The notes under the pieces: model-generated
What the model saw: the letters and a program-made list of their open reading frames with translations, nothing else
The model's database searches: none
What the model was told of the DNA's origin: nothing
Made by a program: the position numbers and the translations under genes
Origin: Neophaeotheca triangularis
Taxonomy: Eukaryota
Length of the DNA stretch: 64,000 nt
Assembly: GCA_054600435.1 (NCBI GenBank)
Contig: BAAIJX010000079.1
Span: 1 to 64,000, forward strand
Reading direction: 5' to 3'
In this document: piece by piece, positions 26,219 through 38,511 of the stretch
Position numbering within the stretch: the stretch's first letter is position 1
Layout of the letters: each line of letters begins with the position of its first letter

Positions 26219-29182
26219 ATGCCCGGCATCAAGCGATCTGCACCGGATCAGGACCCCAAGGATGCCGCCGATATCCATCCCTCCAGGAAGCGTCGTGTCG
26301 AGCAGAGCGAAGCCGACGCCGAACTGTCCAAACTGTACGGAGACTTGGCCGATGATGTCCAAGCCGTGCGCTTGAAAGCAGCCGGCCAGCTCGTCAAGAA
26401 CCTCTCCACCAAATCAGATGTCCAAGCCGAGCGTCTCGAAGCCGCCACCTCAAGACTGATCAAAGGTCTTTGCAGTGGACGAAAGGGCGCCCGCTTGGGT
26501 TTCTCCGTCGCTCTCTCCGAAGTCTTGCGATTGTACCTCAACCTCAACAATCATGTCCTTGCGCACGTCGTCGAGCTCATCCGCTCCTTGACTTCACCCG
26601 AAGGCAACTTCAGCGGCCAGGAACGGAGGGACCATCTTCTCGGACGCCGCTTTGCCTTTCAATCGGTGCTGCAAAGTGATGTGGCGCTCAAAAAGACATG
26701 TTCGAGCCAGCAGTGGAGAGGTTTGCAGGATGCCATTGCCCAGCTGGCGGCGGAGAAGCCTTGGGTTCGGAGGGAGTGCGGTCAGGTCTTGGTGGAGTAC
26801 CTCAACTCTCCCAGTGGGAAGAAGATTAGCAATGAGCGGCTTGAGGCCGTCGTCGGTGCGTGGCAAGAGGCAGGCCTGCTCAAGACACCAGAGGGTGTTG
26901 CCATCTGGCTGACTCTGCAAGAGCATCCCGCGTTGGTGGCTGTAAATCTGCCAAATGGTGTCTGGCACAGCAGATACCCCTTGCATTCCAAAGAGCGATC
27001 GGCTCTGGCCAAGGTTATGCTCAACGCTTCGAGTGAGACTGAAGACCAACCAAAGAACAGCGGTAAGGGAAAGACTGCTGGTGCTCGCGAAGCCGCACCG
27101 AGCATCGCATGGACTGTAATCCTGTCGTACCTCTACCGACGCTCCGATGAGGACGCTTTCGAGAACTTCTGGGGAGAGGTCGTCGAGCGAGGATTGTTTG
27201 CCGGTTCTGCATCTGTCGAACGCCGTTCACTGGGTCTGAATGTCGTCTCTTTAGCTCTTGTTTCCGCACCACAGCATTATGTGACGAAGATCATCAGCCC
27301 TCGAGCTCTGCGTTGCATCCTAGATCAAAGGGCGGATCCAAGCAGGTATCTTTACGAAGCGGCGAAGGTCACCTTGAATGATATGTCGCGAACGTGCGCT
27401 GGCGAAGGCGGTCCTGCGAGCGCCGTCATGGACATTCTCCTGACACATGCTGGGCCGAATGTAGACCAGCTGACCAAAACCAAGACTCTCGAAAGTCTAG
27501 TCTCTCAAGCTTCTCCCATCTCTCTGGAGAAAATTGTTGGTGTGGTTGACGGTCACCTCCAAAATGCAAAGGGGGAAACCTCGCAGCAAATCGATGACAA
27601 ACGAAGGAAGCTCGCCGACCTGCTCCTGACCACAGTGCGTACGAATCGCACTCCAGATCGAATCTTCGATGAAGACGGTACCTTGGCTACGTGGAGTGTC
27701 ACGCTCTTGCACGTACTGGTACAAAACGGTTACACCACCAATACAGGTAGCCGAACTGAGCCGTTGAGTGACAGCACCAGAGCCACATGCCGTTCACGTT
27801 TAATGTCCTGCCTTAACGTCATCCTGGAAAGCAAACTCGAGCTCGCCGTCCAGGGCCCGCAAAAGGTCGCCGGTATGCTGCTCAAAACTGCAGACCTGGC
27901 ACTCCCACTCGCCGACAAGGCTGAGAAGGCTCTTCAAACCGCTTCCGCTAAGATCGAAAAACTTGAAAAGCAGGCCGCGAAGAAAAAGGACGCCTCGCAC
28001 TACGCTTTTCAACTGCTATTCCACATGTCTGTTGTGCAGGTCTACAATGACGAACCCGACAGTGTTCCCGCGCTGGAAGACTTGTGTACTTCTTGGGACT
28101 CGTGGCAACAGAGTGCGGAATCGTCGACTATGATTTTGGAATTGCTGTTGAGTTTTGTTTCGAAGAATTCCGCTCTTTTCAGGAAGCTGGCTGAGCAGGC
28201 TTTCTCGGCTTTTGCTGCCGACATGAGCGCAGAGGGCTTGCAGTCGATGCTTGATGTTCTCGGGCAAAAGGAGAGTTTGGCTGGTCAGCAGGAATTGTTC
28301 GATCAGGGTGACGACGATGCCGAGGAAGATGAAACATCCGAGGAGGATGATGGCGAGGCTGTCGATGTCGAGGACGACTCTGATGTCGAGCTCGTCAATG
28401 GTGAGCAAGCCGAAGCATCCGACTCCGAAGAAGACTCCTCGGACGAAAGCGACTCTGAAACTTCCGACTCAGCCCAAGCCGGCGCAAGCTCAGCCAAAGA
28501 CGAAGACGAAGAAGCAGCCTTCGACCGCAAGCTCGCGGCAGCTCTGGGAACCGCGGGCATGGACACCAACAACAACGACTCCGACTCGGACGGCTCAGAC
28601 ATGGACGACGAGCAAATGATGCAACTCGAAAGCCACCTGTCGACAATCTTCGCCGAACGGGCCAAGACCAGCAGCAAAAAACACGACAACGCCGCCGCCA
28701 AGACCAACATTCTCAACTTCAAAAACCGCGTCCTAGACCTCCTAACCATCTACGTCAAACTTCAGCCCGCAAACCCACTAGCCCTCGACCTCCTCCTCCC
28801 CCTCTGCACAACCATCCGCACCACTTCCAGCAAACCGACGGCGGAAAAGGCCTTTGCGACGCTCAAAACCTACTTCGAAAGCAGCAACAAGCAAAAAACC
28901 CTCCCACGCCCGGACGACGGCGAAGCCTGTTTCGCCGTGCTTTCAGAAGTCCACGACGAGTTGAAGAGGGGCGGCAGTAGATTGCACGCCAATGCTTGTA
29001 GTCGCGCCAGTCTGTTTTTGAGCAAAGTGCTCGTTGGGCTGGACGCGGGGAATTACGGGCGGGTCGTCGAGTTGTACGGCAAGTTGCAGGTTGAGTGGTG
29101 GTTGGATGCCAAGAGTAAAGTGCAGGCGAGTGTCTTTACCGAGTTTACTAGTTGGTCTATTGGGACTCGGAAGGGGAGGTAG
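26219..29182 (+). CDS. POL5: DNA polymerase phi / Pol5 (MYBBP1A family, rRNA biogenesis)
   Basis: RLIKGLCSGRKGARLGFSVALSEVL, WVRRECG, acidic tract then MDDEQMMQLESHLSTIF and NFKNRVLDLLTIYVK; ATG at 26219. Confidence 0.92.
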   Translation: MPGIKRSAPDQDPKDAADIHPSRKRRVEQSEADAELSKLYGDLADDVQAVRLKAAGQLVKNLSTKSDVQAERLEAATSRLIKGLCSGRKGARLGFSVALSEVLRLYLNLNNHVLAHVVELIRSLTSPEGNFSGQERRDHLLGRRFAFQSVLQSDVALKKTCSSQQWRGLQDAIAQLAAEKPWVRRECGQVLVEYLNSPSGKKISNERLEAVVGAWQEAGLLKTPEGVAIWLTLQEHPALVAVNLPNGVWHSRYPLHSKERSALAKVMLNASSETEDQPKNSGKGKTAGAREAAPSIAWTVILSYLYRRSDEDAFENFWGEVVERGLFAGSASVERRSLGLNVVSLALVSAPQHYVTKIISPRALRCILDQRADPSRYLYEAAKVTLNDMSRTCAGEGGPASAVMDILLTHAGPNVDQLTKTKTLESLVSQASPISLEKIVGVVDGHLQNAKGETSQQIDDKRRKLADLLLTTVRTNRTPDRIFDEDGTLATWSVTLLHVLVQNGYTTNTGSRTEPLSDSTRATCRSRLMSCLNVILESKLELAVQGPQKVAGMLLKTADLALPLADKAEKALQTASAKIEKLEKQAAKKKDASHYAFQLLFHMSVVQVYNDEPDSVPALEDLCTSWDSWQQSAESSTMILELLLSFVSKNSALFRKLAEQAFSAFAADMSAEGLQSMLDVLGQKESLAGQQELFDQGDDDAEEDETSEEDDGEAVDVEDDSDVELVNGEQAEASDSEEDSSDESDSETSDSAQAGASSAKDEDEEAAFDRKLAAALGTAGMDTNNNDSDSDGSDMDDEQMMQLESHLSTIFAERAKTSSKKHDNAAAKTNILNFKNRVLDLLTIYVKLQPANPLALDLLLPLCTTIRTTSSKPTAEKAFATLKTYFESSNKQKTLPRPDDGEACFAVLSEVHDELKRGGSRLHANACSRASLFLSKVLVGLDAGNYGRVVELYGKLQVEWWLDAKSKVQASVFTEFTSWSIGTRKGR

Positions 29183-29397
29183 ATGATTTTGGGGGGGGGT
29201 TGGAAGCATGCAGTGCATCCTCTGCTGCTACAGGAATTCTCGAGTAATAATACGTATAAAGTTGCAGAGTTCTAAGTTAGGCAAGACCGTTACTGCCATC
29301 GAATCATACCTAGCCGAGAGCGACGGTCTCTCGAATCAACCATACTCCCAAAGCACAAAAAGGAAAATCTCAGTGCGCGGTCCTTCCAAACGAGCTC

Positions 29398-29521
29398 TCT
29401 TGCCTTGCCTTGCCTTGCCTTGCCTTGCCCTGCCTTGTTTTGCCCTGTCTTGCCTTGCCTTGCCTTGCCTTGCCTTGCCTTGACTTGCCTTGCCCTGCCT
29501 TGCCTTGCCCTGCCTTGCCTT
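29398..29521. repeat. (CCTTG)n pentamer microsatellite
   Basis: Directly visible, about 24 units with some variants. Confidence 0.95.
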
Positions 29522-31119
29522 TCCTTCCTCCTCCACCCTCCCCAACTTCGTTCGCTAGTTGAACAGCAGCGCTGTGAGACCCTCCTCCTCCTCCCTTCCC
29601 GATGGCGTAGATCCGACCCGCAACGTAGACGCTAGGCAGTCTTACTATACCACGCCCCACGCCGCCGACCGGCGCCTCGTCTCGTCTCGTCTCGTCTCGA
29701 GTGTATAGTGTGTCGAATCCCGGCACCCAAGTTAGTCAGGGGGGGGGGCGGCGTTTAGGAAAAGGGGAAGAAGAAACGACGAAGAAAAAACAGAGAGACA
29801 AAGAGACGAGAAAGAGACAAAGAGACGAGAAAGAACAAGGAGACGAGGAAGAAGGAGAGACAAGTCACCAGTCACCACTAAATTACAGTAGGTGTGTATG
29901 TTTGTAAAGGGTATAGACGCGATAGGTAATTGACTATTACGCACACACTCACGCACACACCCACGCACGTATGCACGTATAGACGGCCGGACGGACGGAC
30001 GGAAGAAAAGGAAAAGAAAAAGGAACCGAACAGGAAAGGAAATAGAAAAGTCGCGGTGCGGTTGTTTTTTATTACTGTAGGTAGTGATGGTTACCATGGA
30101 TAGATGTAGTTGTTATTTACCGCGTCCGTGTGTGTGTGTATGTGTATATATAGGCTAAGGGTATGTGTCTACACCTTTTCTCATTTGTTTCTCCTTCTTC
30201 TTCTTTTACCTATAGTAGAAGATGCTAATATCGAGACGACGGACGGACGGACGGATGGGATGAGATGAGATGGGATAGGATGAGATGCGAGCGCTGCGAT
30301 TTTTATTGTGACGTACTATTGTTATATTTTTTACATTTTCAAGTTTTTTACTGTTTCCCAATTCGAGATACGTAAAGGGTGCGAGGCCTGCTCAACACTT
30401 GACACTACTTGGGGTATGGGGTTAGAGTTGCTGGAGACTATAGTGCAAGCTCTTTGCAACAGCAAACAAAGTTTGCTGCGAGACCCAAGCCCCCCTTGTA
30501 GGCGTGTGCGAGCTAAAGTGTTTTGCTCCCTGTCGCTGTTTCCTCTTCCGTGTGGTCCTTTTCCAATCTTCTCGGCGGTTTGCTGAGACGGGAGACTGGA
30601 GTGATGGGGGGTTGTGCAAGGTCGAGTCGAGAAAGGCGTGTGGCGACAGCTCTGGTTGGGTGTATAGCGAGCTGCTTCGAGCTTGGGTTGAACGGGCCCG
30701 AGGGGTCTATGTGTACGTCGGAAAACTGCGGTAGAGAGGCCATGTAAGGGTCGCGGTTCGCTGATTTGCCTGGTGGTGGTTGCATGGCGAGGGTAGGGGG
30801 TGAGGTCGTCACATCAAATTTTTCACGTGGTGATTATCGATAGCGTAGCCGGAACATTGCTCCATCCGGCCATTTGTTGCGGGTGCTCAATGGGAAGAAG
30901 AAGCTTGCGGCTTGAGAGACGAAGGTCGTGTGGAACAACGATGAGGGCCAAAACTTCAGACCATAACCGTAGCAAGACAGACTCTTCTGCTGTCGAGAAC
31001 CTCGTATCCAAAGCCGGTTCAATCTTTCTCGCCATGGCCGAAGCGCCTTCAGGCGAAAATGTCAGTCGCTCCAATCAAACACCACAGCCACAACCCGCAC
31101 TCTCAACAGCTCTTTCCAC

Positions 31120-33075
31120 TCAAGCGACCTTACTCCGCCGCCTCAACAGACAATACCTCCCCCAAACCCTCCTCGCACTGAGGGGGAACCACCCCTCCGC
31201 CCACTCAGGCACCCACCCCAACCTCCCCAAAACCCCCGTACTGGCCGCATCCAAAAACGGCAAACACAGCACCCGCTCCCACGTGGCCTCATCATCGACA
31301 AAATCCGGCTCCAGAGCCGTGGCGACCGTGCTGGGCAATTTGGAATCGACGAGGAAATCGCAAAACCTGACGTCCGTGTATTTACCCACGTCTTCGCGGT
31401 TTTCGTTGTTCATACCGGGAGGAATCAACCAGGTGCCCGGGAAGACACCGAAACCTTGTTTGGCGGTTGAGAACTCGCCGGGTAGCAGGCCAGAGAATTC
31501 GGATTTGATGAATTTAGCGTGGATGTTGGGGGGGAGGTGGTAGTGTGAGGGGAAGCGGTGCCATTCTTTGCCCAGGCAGAGGGTGGCGTCCGTGCCTCGA
31601 GGTGGGAGGTAGGGGTGAGTGTGGAGGGGTTTGTAGATGAAGAGGGGGGCGGCGTAGGCGGTTGTTGTGCCGGTGATGCGGGAGACGGAGAGGATGATGG
31701 AGAGAGTTATGAAGGAGATGATTGCGAGGAAGCGGAGTTGGAGGGGGATTTTGGCGGCGAAGTCGCGTGGGTCACGGCTGCCGAGGTTGGCGAGGATGAT
31801 GTGGAGGGAGATGGCTGCGTTGAGGGCCAGGCAGGGGTAGGCCGGGTAGAGGAAGCGTTCTTCTTTGTGCGGTTGCAGGGTCATGATTGTGAGCCAGAGG
31901 TAGAAGGGGGTGAGGAAGGTTAGGCCACGGAGGTAGGTTTGTTTGGTGCTGCCTTTGATGGTGGTGAAGTGCTGGAGGAGGAGGAGGGGGAGACTGAGGA
32001 GCGCGAGTGGCAGCCAGACGTGGAAATTGAGGGTCAGGTTTTTGAAGTAGAAGGTCCAGGGTTCAGTGCCGAAGATTTCCGGGCCGGGGCTGGCTGTTGT
32101 GGTGCCGGAGAGGATGGGGATGTTGTAGGCGATCATATTCCAAGGGGCGAAGACGAGTTTGCGGTAGTAGAAGACGTCGAGGGGGACGACCCAGACGAGG
32201 GTTAGTAAGCCGCGAACTATTCCGTCGAGGAAGCGCCAGAGCATCTCAATTTGCCCATCAATGTCGCTGAGGACGCCCAGGAGTAGCTCTTCGGCGACGA
32301 ATGGGATGCCCAGAGCTGCTACAAAGGGCCAACCCAGCAGCGCACCGGTGCCAAAGGCATTGAGGCCTTGATTTGTACGTAGTCCTCCGCGCCAGTCCAT
32401 GAAAGCCGCTACACCCAACATGACCATGTACATGCCAAAGCTGCTGGGCAGGTAGGAGACGCTGGCCTGCCACATGCCAGGACTCATGGCCATGATAGCA
32501 GTCCAAAAGATGGCCACTCTCGGGTTGAGCATGCCATTGATCTTGCTAAACAGCCTCGTCTCGCAGCACGCGCACATGAAACCCAGGACGATCCTCACAA
32601 TGTAAAAGTAGGTCGACTTGTGGGTGATGAAGGGTATCAGACGGGCCATTTGCACGACAACGGCGTGGAGAGTGGCGTAGGACCATGACCGCAGGGCGTA
32701 CTCAGGGCTGTATTCCCAAGTCTGAAAGGCGTGGCCGTGGGTGAGGTAGTGGGTGGGCTCCCAGTAGTTGAAGACCTCATCGCAGTCGTTGATGGGGCTG
32801 GTGAGGGCGGAGAGGGTGTGGACGGCGAAGAAGATGTAGAAGGCGGCGAGGGGGGGTAGTTCAAAGGGAGCATTGGGCGCTTTCTCGGGTTTAACCCTTG
32901 ATATTGATGATGAGAGTCAGTAGACTGATGCCATAACATGAGATGGGTAATATCAACGCGACACGACACGACACGACACGTACGGTATCTGTCGAGTTCG
33001 GGGCGCGGCCGGGTTGGTGCCCGGGTTCTCCTCTCTAAACTTTTGCGCGGCCGTTGCCCAATTCTTGCCGGACAT
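31120..33075 (-). CDS. ALG9: Alpha-1,2-mannosyltransferase Alg9 (GT22)
   Basis: PINDCDEVFNYWEPTHYL..GHAFQTWEYSPEYALRSW, SYLPSSF, QPHKEERFLYPAYP, CLGKEWHRFPSHY; one intron near 32897-32983. Confidence 0.95.
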
Positions 33076-33453
33076 GGTGAGGGGGGGGGAGTAATGATAT
33101 TACAAGACAAGGGTAATAGTAACAAGAATAATTGATTAATGTAGACGTGTTGTCATCATCGGATGTATGTAAGTACTGTACTGTACTGTACTGTACTGTA
33201 CCTGCAGCTCAAGCTCAAGCTCAAGCTCCGCTGACGTCGGGTCTGTCTGCTCCCTACCTTATTTTATTACCTTAGTCTGGGGTCGGGTCCCGGTGAAATT
33301 TACATGAATTTGATCAATCTTCTATTCAATTCTATTCAATATTAACTAACTCCTCCAACGTTATCATTGCCGATCTTGATAGTATTACCTAGGTATTGCG
33401 AGTCAAATATACCACGACATCCTCCTGTAATCACTCCCTCCCCAATCACAATC

Positions 33454-36078
33454 ATGGACCACCCAACCGACCTCCAAGATCCCGACGAGTCAAGAGCCAC
33501 AAAGCGCGTACGTCTGGAGGCACCTCTCAATATGACGGAGGAAACGAAAGAGGAACAGGTCGACGATGATGGCTGGGATGACGTTTACGGCGACAGTGCA
33601 AACGCGCAAAAAGTCCAACCCTCGGCTACCGAAATCGAAGTCGGCCACAGCGAAACCATTCCATCATCCAATATGCCTCCTAGCGTGCAAGAAGCCACGG
33701 ACAAAGCACCAAGACCGACAAATGGGCCGAGTTCTGCTTCTCACACTCTGTCTGGTGAGGATACACAAGCAGGACCAGGGGCTGGCACATTTCCATTAGC
33801 TTCTGCCGCAGATGAAGAAATCAAAGAGCCCACGCCAAAGCGGGATGAGGATGGGGACGAAAATTTGATAGACGGTTTACCAGCTGAAGCAATAGAAGAC
33901 CCAAATCAAGACGATTTGGTGGATGAGCAGCCAGAGACGGCCGGCAAAGACCTTAGTTCAACAAACCTCGAAGAGATCACGCAGGTGGAACCGCACTCAG
34001 GCGCGGTAGAGGCAGCGGTAGAGTCCAACGCGGCGAATCTGCAAGCTACCGAGACAGCAAGACGCGCTGAAGCTCTAGAAGCCGACATGGGTATCCACGA
34101 CGAACCCCAAGCCGAAGCGATAGCCACAGAGGCCATCGAGCCCACCGGCACTGACCCACAAGCACCTCCAAAACCGCGAGAAGACCCCGAATTCCTCGAA
34201 GCAGCCGCCGCGCAAAAGGGTACGGAAAATGCAGAATGGCAATTCGACTCTTCCGACGCCGAATCCTCCTCCGACAGCGACACCTCTTCGGAATCCTCCG
34301 ACTCTTCCAGCGAAGGCGGCTACGAAATGCTCGACCCCGCCGAAGCAGCTAAACTGCTCATGGCAGGTGAGGGTGACGACGACGATGGCGGAAACAAAGG
34401 CGACAAAAAAGGCGGCAACGCGACCGACCGCGGCCCGAAAACGCAAAACGAAGTCAAGGACGAAATCAAAAAACCCGACGTCACAATCACCCCGGACATG
34501 AAAGTCGTCGAGCTCGGCTGGGTCGACCGCATCGTCGAGAACTTGATGCTGGTCAAGGCCAACACCACGGGTGATTACCAAGTCCTCGAGTCGGGCTCGG
34601 TACTCTGCCTCCCCTCGCGACAAGTCATCGGCGCCGTTATGGAGCCCATGGGTCGTGTGCAAGAGCCGCTGTATAGCGTCGCTTTCAACACTGCCGAAGA
34701 GATTACAGACCTGGGGCTGGAGCACGGCAGTACGGTCTGCTATATGGAAGCGCACAGCAGTTTCGTCTTCACGCAGCCGCTCAAGAGCATGAAAGGTACT
34801 GACGCCAGCAATATCCACGACGAAGAAGTCGGTGAAGACGAGATGGAATTCAGTGACGATGAGGCCGAGGCGGAGTACAAACGGCAGAAGAAACAAGCCA
34901 AACGCGGTGGCGGAAGGGGAGGCGCTGCTGCAAACGACCGTGGCGGCGAGAGAGGTACTGGCCGAGGTCGTGGTCGCGGAGGCAGAGGCAGAGGGGATTT
35001 CGACTCTCACAATGACGCTTTCGTCCACGCTCCCACCAACGATGCTCCCCGTGTGGGCTATGGAGGCGGTATGAGCTACGATGACGACGGCGAGGCCGAA
35101 GAGTTCTACACCCCGCTGAAACGGCCGGATAATCTCAGCCAGATGATGGCGACGGGAGGTCCGCAACCTCCGCTCGAGGCTCCGGGTGGCGGTAACATGG
35201 GAGGGAGCGGGCATTTCGACCGCGGACGAGGACGAGGGGGTAACAGAGGCCGAGGCCGGGGAGGCGAGCGCGGTGGCAGGGGTCGAGGCGACCGAGTCGG
35301 TCATCGAGGTGGCGGTGGCGGACGTGGTGGGAATGCAAACGCAAACGCAAACGTCAATTCTCTCCCCCAGCCGCCGCCGCCTTTCAGAGGCAACGCACAA
35401 TCCTTCCCCGACGCCCACAACACCGATCCCCAGCCCCCGAGGCCTCAACACGGTCTCCCGCCCAAACCCCCCGTGGCACCTCCACCCGCTGCCGTCGCTT
35501 CGCCTTCTTCCCAACTGCAACAAAACCCCCACCAACAGCAGCAGCCTTACCCGCAACATTACCCTCCGCAATCGCAGCCTCAGCAATTACCTCAGAATCC
35601 CTCGACTTATGGTTTTAATGGGTATACTTTTCAATATGGGAATACTGCGCAGACGTTGCCTCCGACGCCCACGCAGCAGCAGCAGCAGCAGCAAGCTTGG
35701 AATGCTTATGCGCAGCAACAGCAGGGGCAGGGACAGCAGGGATTTCCCGGGGGTTGGAGTGGGTACGGGGGACAGCAGGTTTACGGGCAGCAGCAGGCTT
35801 ACGGCGGGCAGCAAGGGTACGGGCAGCAGGGTTACGGGCAGCAAGCGTATGGGCATCAGCAGAGTTACGGGCAGCAAGCGTACGGGCAGCAGCAGGCGTA
35901 CGCTGGGCAACAGCAAACCTACCCCCCGTACGGCCAACAGGGCTACCAACAGCAACCGGCGGCAGCAGCGAGCACGCAGGCCCAGCCGCAGCCGCAGCCA
36001 CAGCAGCCGAACCTGGCCGAGATCATGAAGGGGTTGCACCAGCCCGGTGGCAGTGCCAGTGGTGCCGGGGCGCAGTAA
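33454..36078 (+). CDS. NAF1: H/ACA snoRNP assembly factor Naf1 with RGG boxes and Q/G/Y-rich C-terminus
   Basis: Gar1/Naf1 domain [31 protein letters not shown]...[23 protein letters not shown]...[12 protein letters not shown]. Confidence 0.92.
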   Translation: MDHPTDLQDPDESRATKRVRLEAPLNMTEETKEEQVDDDGWDDVYGDSANAQKVQPSATEIEVGHSETIPSSNMPPSVQEATDKAPRPTNGPSSASHTLSGEDTQAGPGAGTFPLASAADEEIKEPTPKRDEDGDENLIDGLPAEAIEDPNQDDLVDEQPETAGKDLSSTNLEEITQVEPHSGAVEAAVESNAANLQATETARRAEALEADMGIHDEPQAEAIATEAIEPTGTDPQAPPKPREDPEFLEAAAAQKGTENAEWQFDSSDAESSSDSDTSSESSDSSSEGGYEMLDPAEAAKLLMAGEGDDDDGGNKGDKKGGNATDRGPKTQNEVKDEIKKPDVTITPDMKVVELGWVDRIVENLMLVKANTTGDYQVLESGSVLCLPSRQVIGAVMEPMGRVQEPLYSVAFNTAEEITDLGLEHGSTVCYMEAHSSFVFTQPLKSMKGTDASNIHDEEVGEDEMEFSDDEAEAEYKRQKKQAKRGGGRGGAAANDRGGERGTGRGRGRGGRGRGDFDSHNDAFVHAPTNDAPRVGYGGGMSYDDDGEAEEFYTPLKRPDNLSQMMATGGPQPPLEAPGGGNMGGSGHFDRGRGRGGNRGRGRGGERGGRGRGDRVGHRGGGGGRGGNANANANVNSLPQPPPPFRGNAQSFPDAHNTDPQPPRPQHGLPPKPPVAPPPAAVASPSSQLQQNPHQQQQPYPQHYPPQSQPQQLPQNPSTYGFNGYTFQYGNTAQTLPPTPTQQQQQQQAWNAYAQQQQGQGQQGFPGGWSGYGGQQVYGQQQAYGGQQGYGQQGYGQQAYGHQQSYGQQAYGQQQAYAGQQQTYPPYGQQGYQQQPAAAASTQAQPQPQPQQPNLAEIMKGLHQPGGSASGAGAQ

Positions 36079-37425
36079 AATGTCCGCGGTGGGTTTTTAG
36101 GTGGGTAGGGCAATTCCCTTCCCATCGCGACGTCGTCGAGTCGAGAGGAGAGCCAGCCAACCAGCCAGCCAGCCCGGGATTCTTCAAAACTCCCTACCGG
36201 CGAACGAGCTAGCTAAGGGGCAGCTCTCAACGCCCATGTTCCCGTTCCGCCGCAGTATGCGCGCGCGAGAACAAGACAAGCAGGGCAAGGGAGAGAGGAG
36301 ACGGGGGTTTGTTGGCGAAAGCGCGGACGCTGCGTCGCTTGTTGTAACTACTCCCTAGGTAGGTAGGTAGTCTTGTAATCTATACGCCCTTTCGTACTCT
36401 AAGTGCTAGTATGTCTTTAGCTGTATCTCCTCGTCTACTAGACTAGACTAGCTATGGCAATGGCAATGGCAGCGATACAGGCACCCGCTCTCACGGCAAT
36501 TCCTTTCACTTATCTCTCTCGCTGGAGCCTTGCTCAGCCGCCCCAATCCCTCCCATCCGCTCGCTCGCTCGCTCGCTCGCGTGTATGTACGTATTAAAGT
36601 CCGCATCCGAGCAGCAATTGCCGAAAGTAGGACCCTGGGAGTGACAGTAGGTAATATCCAGGATGGGCAGCCCAGCCCAGGGCAGCTCTCAATCGATCCC
36701 AGCCCAGCCTACTAGTCACTACCTAGCTAGGTAGGTAGCGCCCTCCAACCCCGCCTCAGCCAATCAATCAACCAACGAACGAGCCGAGAGCGTCGATTGC
36801 TTGCTACCCAAACTCTAACCCTGGCTTAACTGAGGCTTCCATAGGTAACTTAGTTGGGGCATTGTGTTCCGGTCTCAGAATAACAGTACCACCCCCCCCT
36901 TTAGCAACCTTGCCCTAAAGTAGGTAGCTCGACTCCTAATCAATGCCAGCCGCTATGTAACCCCGCCCTAGCCAGCTAATCAATCAACGAACGAGTCGGG
37001 TGCTTGCTGCCCAAACTCTAACCCTGGGTTGACTGCTGCGGTGGCGGTGAGGGTTGGTTTTGGGTTTTGTGTTTGGTTTTGGTTGGTTTGGTGGGGGGGT
37101 TGGGTTGGACTGGTGGGTTTTGGGGTGGTTTGGGGTGTTTGGGAGGTTGTTGGGGGGGTTTGTGGTTTGGGGGGGTTTTTGATGGGTGAGGCGGGGAAGT
37201 GACTATGGGTTGGTTGTTGAAGTTGGTTGTAGTGTTGGCTGGGATTGGGGAGGATGGTTATGTTGGTGGGGATCGTTGTTGTTGATGGTATTATAGCATT
37301 TGGATACGGCCATGGCACTAGGGGAATGGTTTATGAGCATGTAGGTAGAGATCACACTGCCGTCGTCGTCGTCATCGTCGTTAATCGTCGAAGGATCGCA
37401 CAACGATAGCTATGTACATGGACGA

Positions 37426-38511
37426 CTACACCACCCCCCCAACCTCAGGCGGCGCACTCAAACTCCTCTTCCTACCCCTCTCAGCCATGACGCCCAACCG
37501 TTCCGCCAAACCCACAAACCCCCCCTCCCCCTCCCCAACCCACACATCCACAAACCCACACTCCTCCCTCGCCAACCCCTCGCGCTCCTCCCCAGGCCTC
37601 TGCACATACACAGTGCGCAAACCGCACTCCTTGGCGGCGCGCAAGTCCGCCGCGTGCGCAGCCACCATGACACACTCGTCGGGGCGGAGGCCCATCTTGG
37701 CGGCGGCGCCGAGGTAGACGGCCGGGTTGGGCTTGTAAGCGTTGAACATTTCGGCGGAGAAGAGGTGGGTGAAGGGTAGGTTGGCGTGGGCTTGCAGGTC
37801 CGCGAGCAGGGCGAGGTTGCCGTTGGAGAGCGTGCTGGTCCAGAAGAGCTGGTTGAGTTCGCCCAGGCCTTGGGCCGTGTCGTCCCAGGGGTCGAGGAGG
37901 TGCCAGATTAGCGAGAGCTTCCGGATGGTGGGTTCGTCCCAGAGACTGCCGTCGTGGGTTAGGAGGTCGTCTGGGGTGGGTTTGTCCGGGGATGGGGGGG
38001 AGCGCGGGAGGAGGAGGCCGTGGGTTGTGAGCAGTTCGCGGAGGGAGTCGAGGTGGTGGGCGTCGACTGTTTTGAAGGGGATGGTGGGGTCGCTGGCTAG
38101 GCGCTTGGTGAAGGCCAGGTAGGAGTTTCGCCATTCTTGCGCGAGGGCTTCCCAGTCGGCGTAGGTCATATCGGAGGCGAGGATGCGGATGCGGGTGGCG
38201 ATGCTGGAGGTGGGGGAGTTGAGGGCCGCGCGGGTCGCGTTGTAGAGGGCGTTGGTGACGGTTGTGCGCCAGTCGACGCAGGTGCCGAAGACGTCGAAGA
38301 AGAGGCAGCGGGGTGGGGGGTCCAGGGCCATGATGGTTGGGGAGGTGCTTGGGGGGTGCAGGGCGGGGACTATGCCGGCTAGTTGGGAGGGAGGGTCTGC
38401 GAGGGACTTGGAGGGGAGAGGCGTGGGGGAGTTGAAGTTGATTGTCGAGGTGGTGTAGGCGTTGCTGATGGGACTCAGCAGTCTTTCTGTTGCAGTTGAG
38501 ATGATGGCCAT
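37426..38511 (-). CDS. Haloacid dehalogenase type II (HAD superfamily)
   Basis: FFDVFGTCVDWR, WHLLDPWDD, TLSNGN, YKPNPAVY, MVAAHAADL; start may be 38331 or 38511. Confidence 0.9.
   Translation of the reverse strand: MAIISTATERLLSPISNAYTTSTINFNSPTPLPSKSLADPPSQLAGIVPALHPPSTSPTIMALDPPPRCLFFDVFGTCVDWRTTVTNALYNATRAALNSPTSSIATRIRILASDMTYADWEALAQEWRNSYLAFTKRLASDPTIPFKTVDAHHLDSLRELLTTHGLLLPRSPPSPDKPTPDDLLTHDGSLWDEPTIRKLSLIWHLLDPWDDTAQGLGELNQLFWTSTLSNGNLALLADLQAHANLPFTHLFSAEMFNAYKPNPAVYLGAAAKMGLRPDECVMVAAHAADLRAAKECGLRTVYVQRPGEEREGLAREECGFVDVWVGEGEGGFVGLAERLGVMAERGRKRSLSAPPEVGGVV

Noticed and set aside
34075..35586. 503-aa antisense ORF, and similar long shadow ORFs over RED, tyrosinase, ssr4, POL5, ALG9 and EXO5
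   Set aside because: They overlap well-supported genes and are explained by GC-rich codon bias; no independent motifs.
36980..37318. 112-aa Pro/Thr/Gln-rich minus-strand ORF
   Set aside because: Low-complexity, strand-skewed sequence downstream of the HAD gene; no evidence of coding function.
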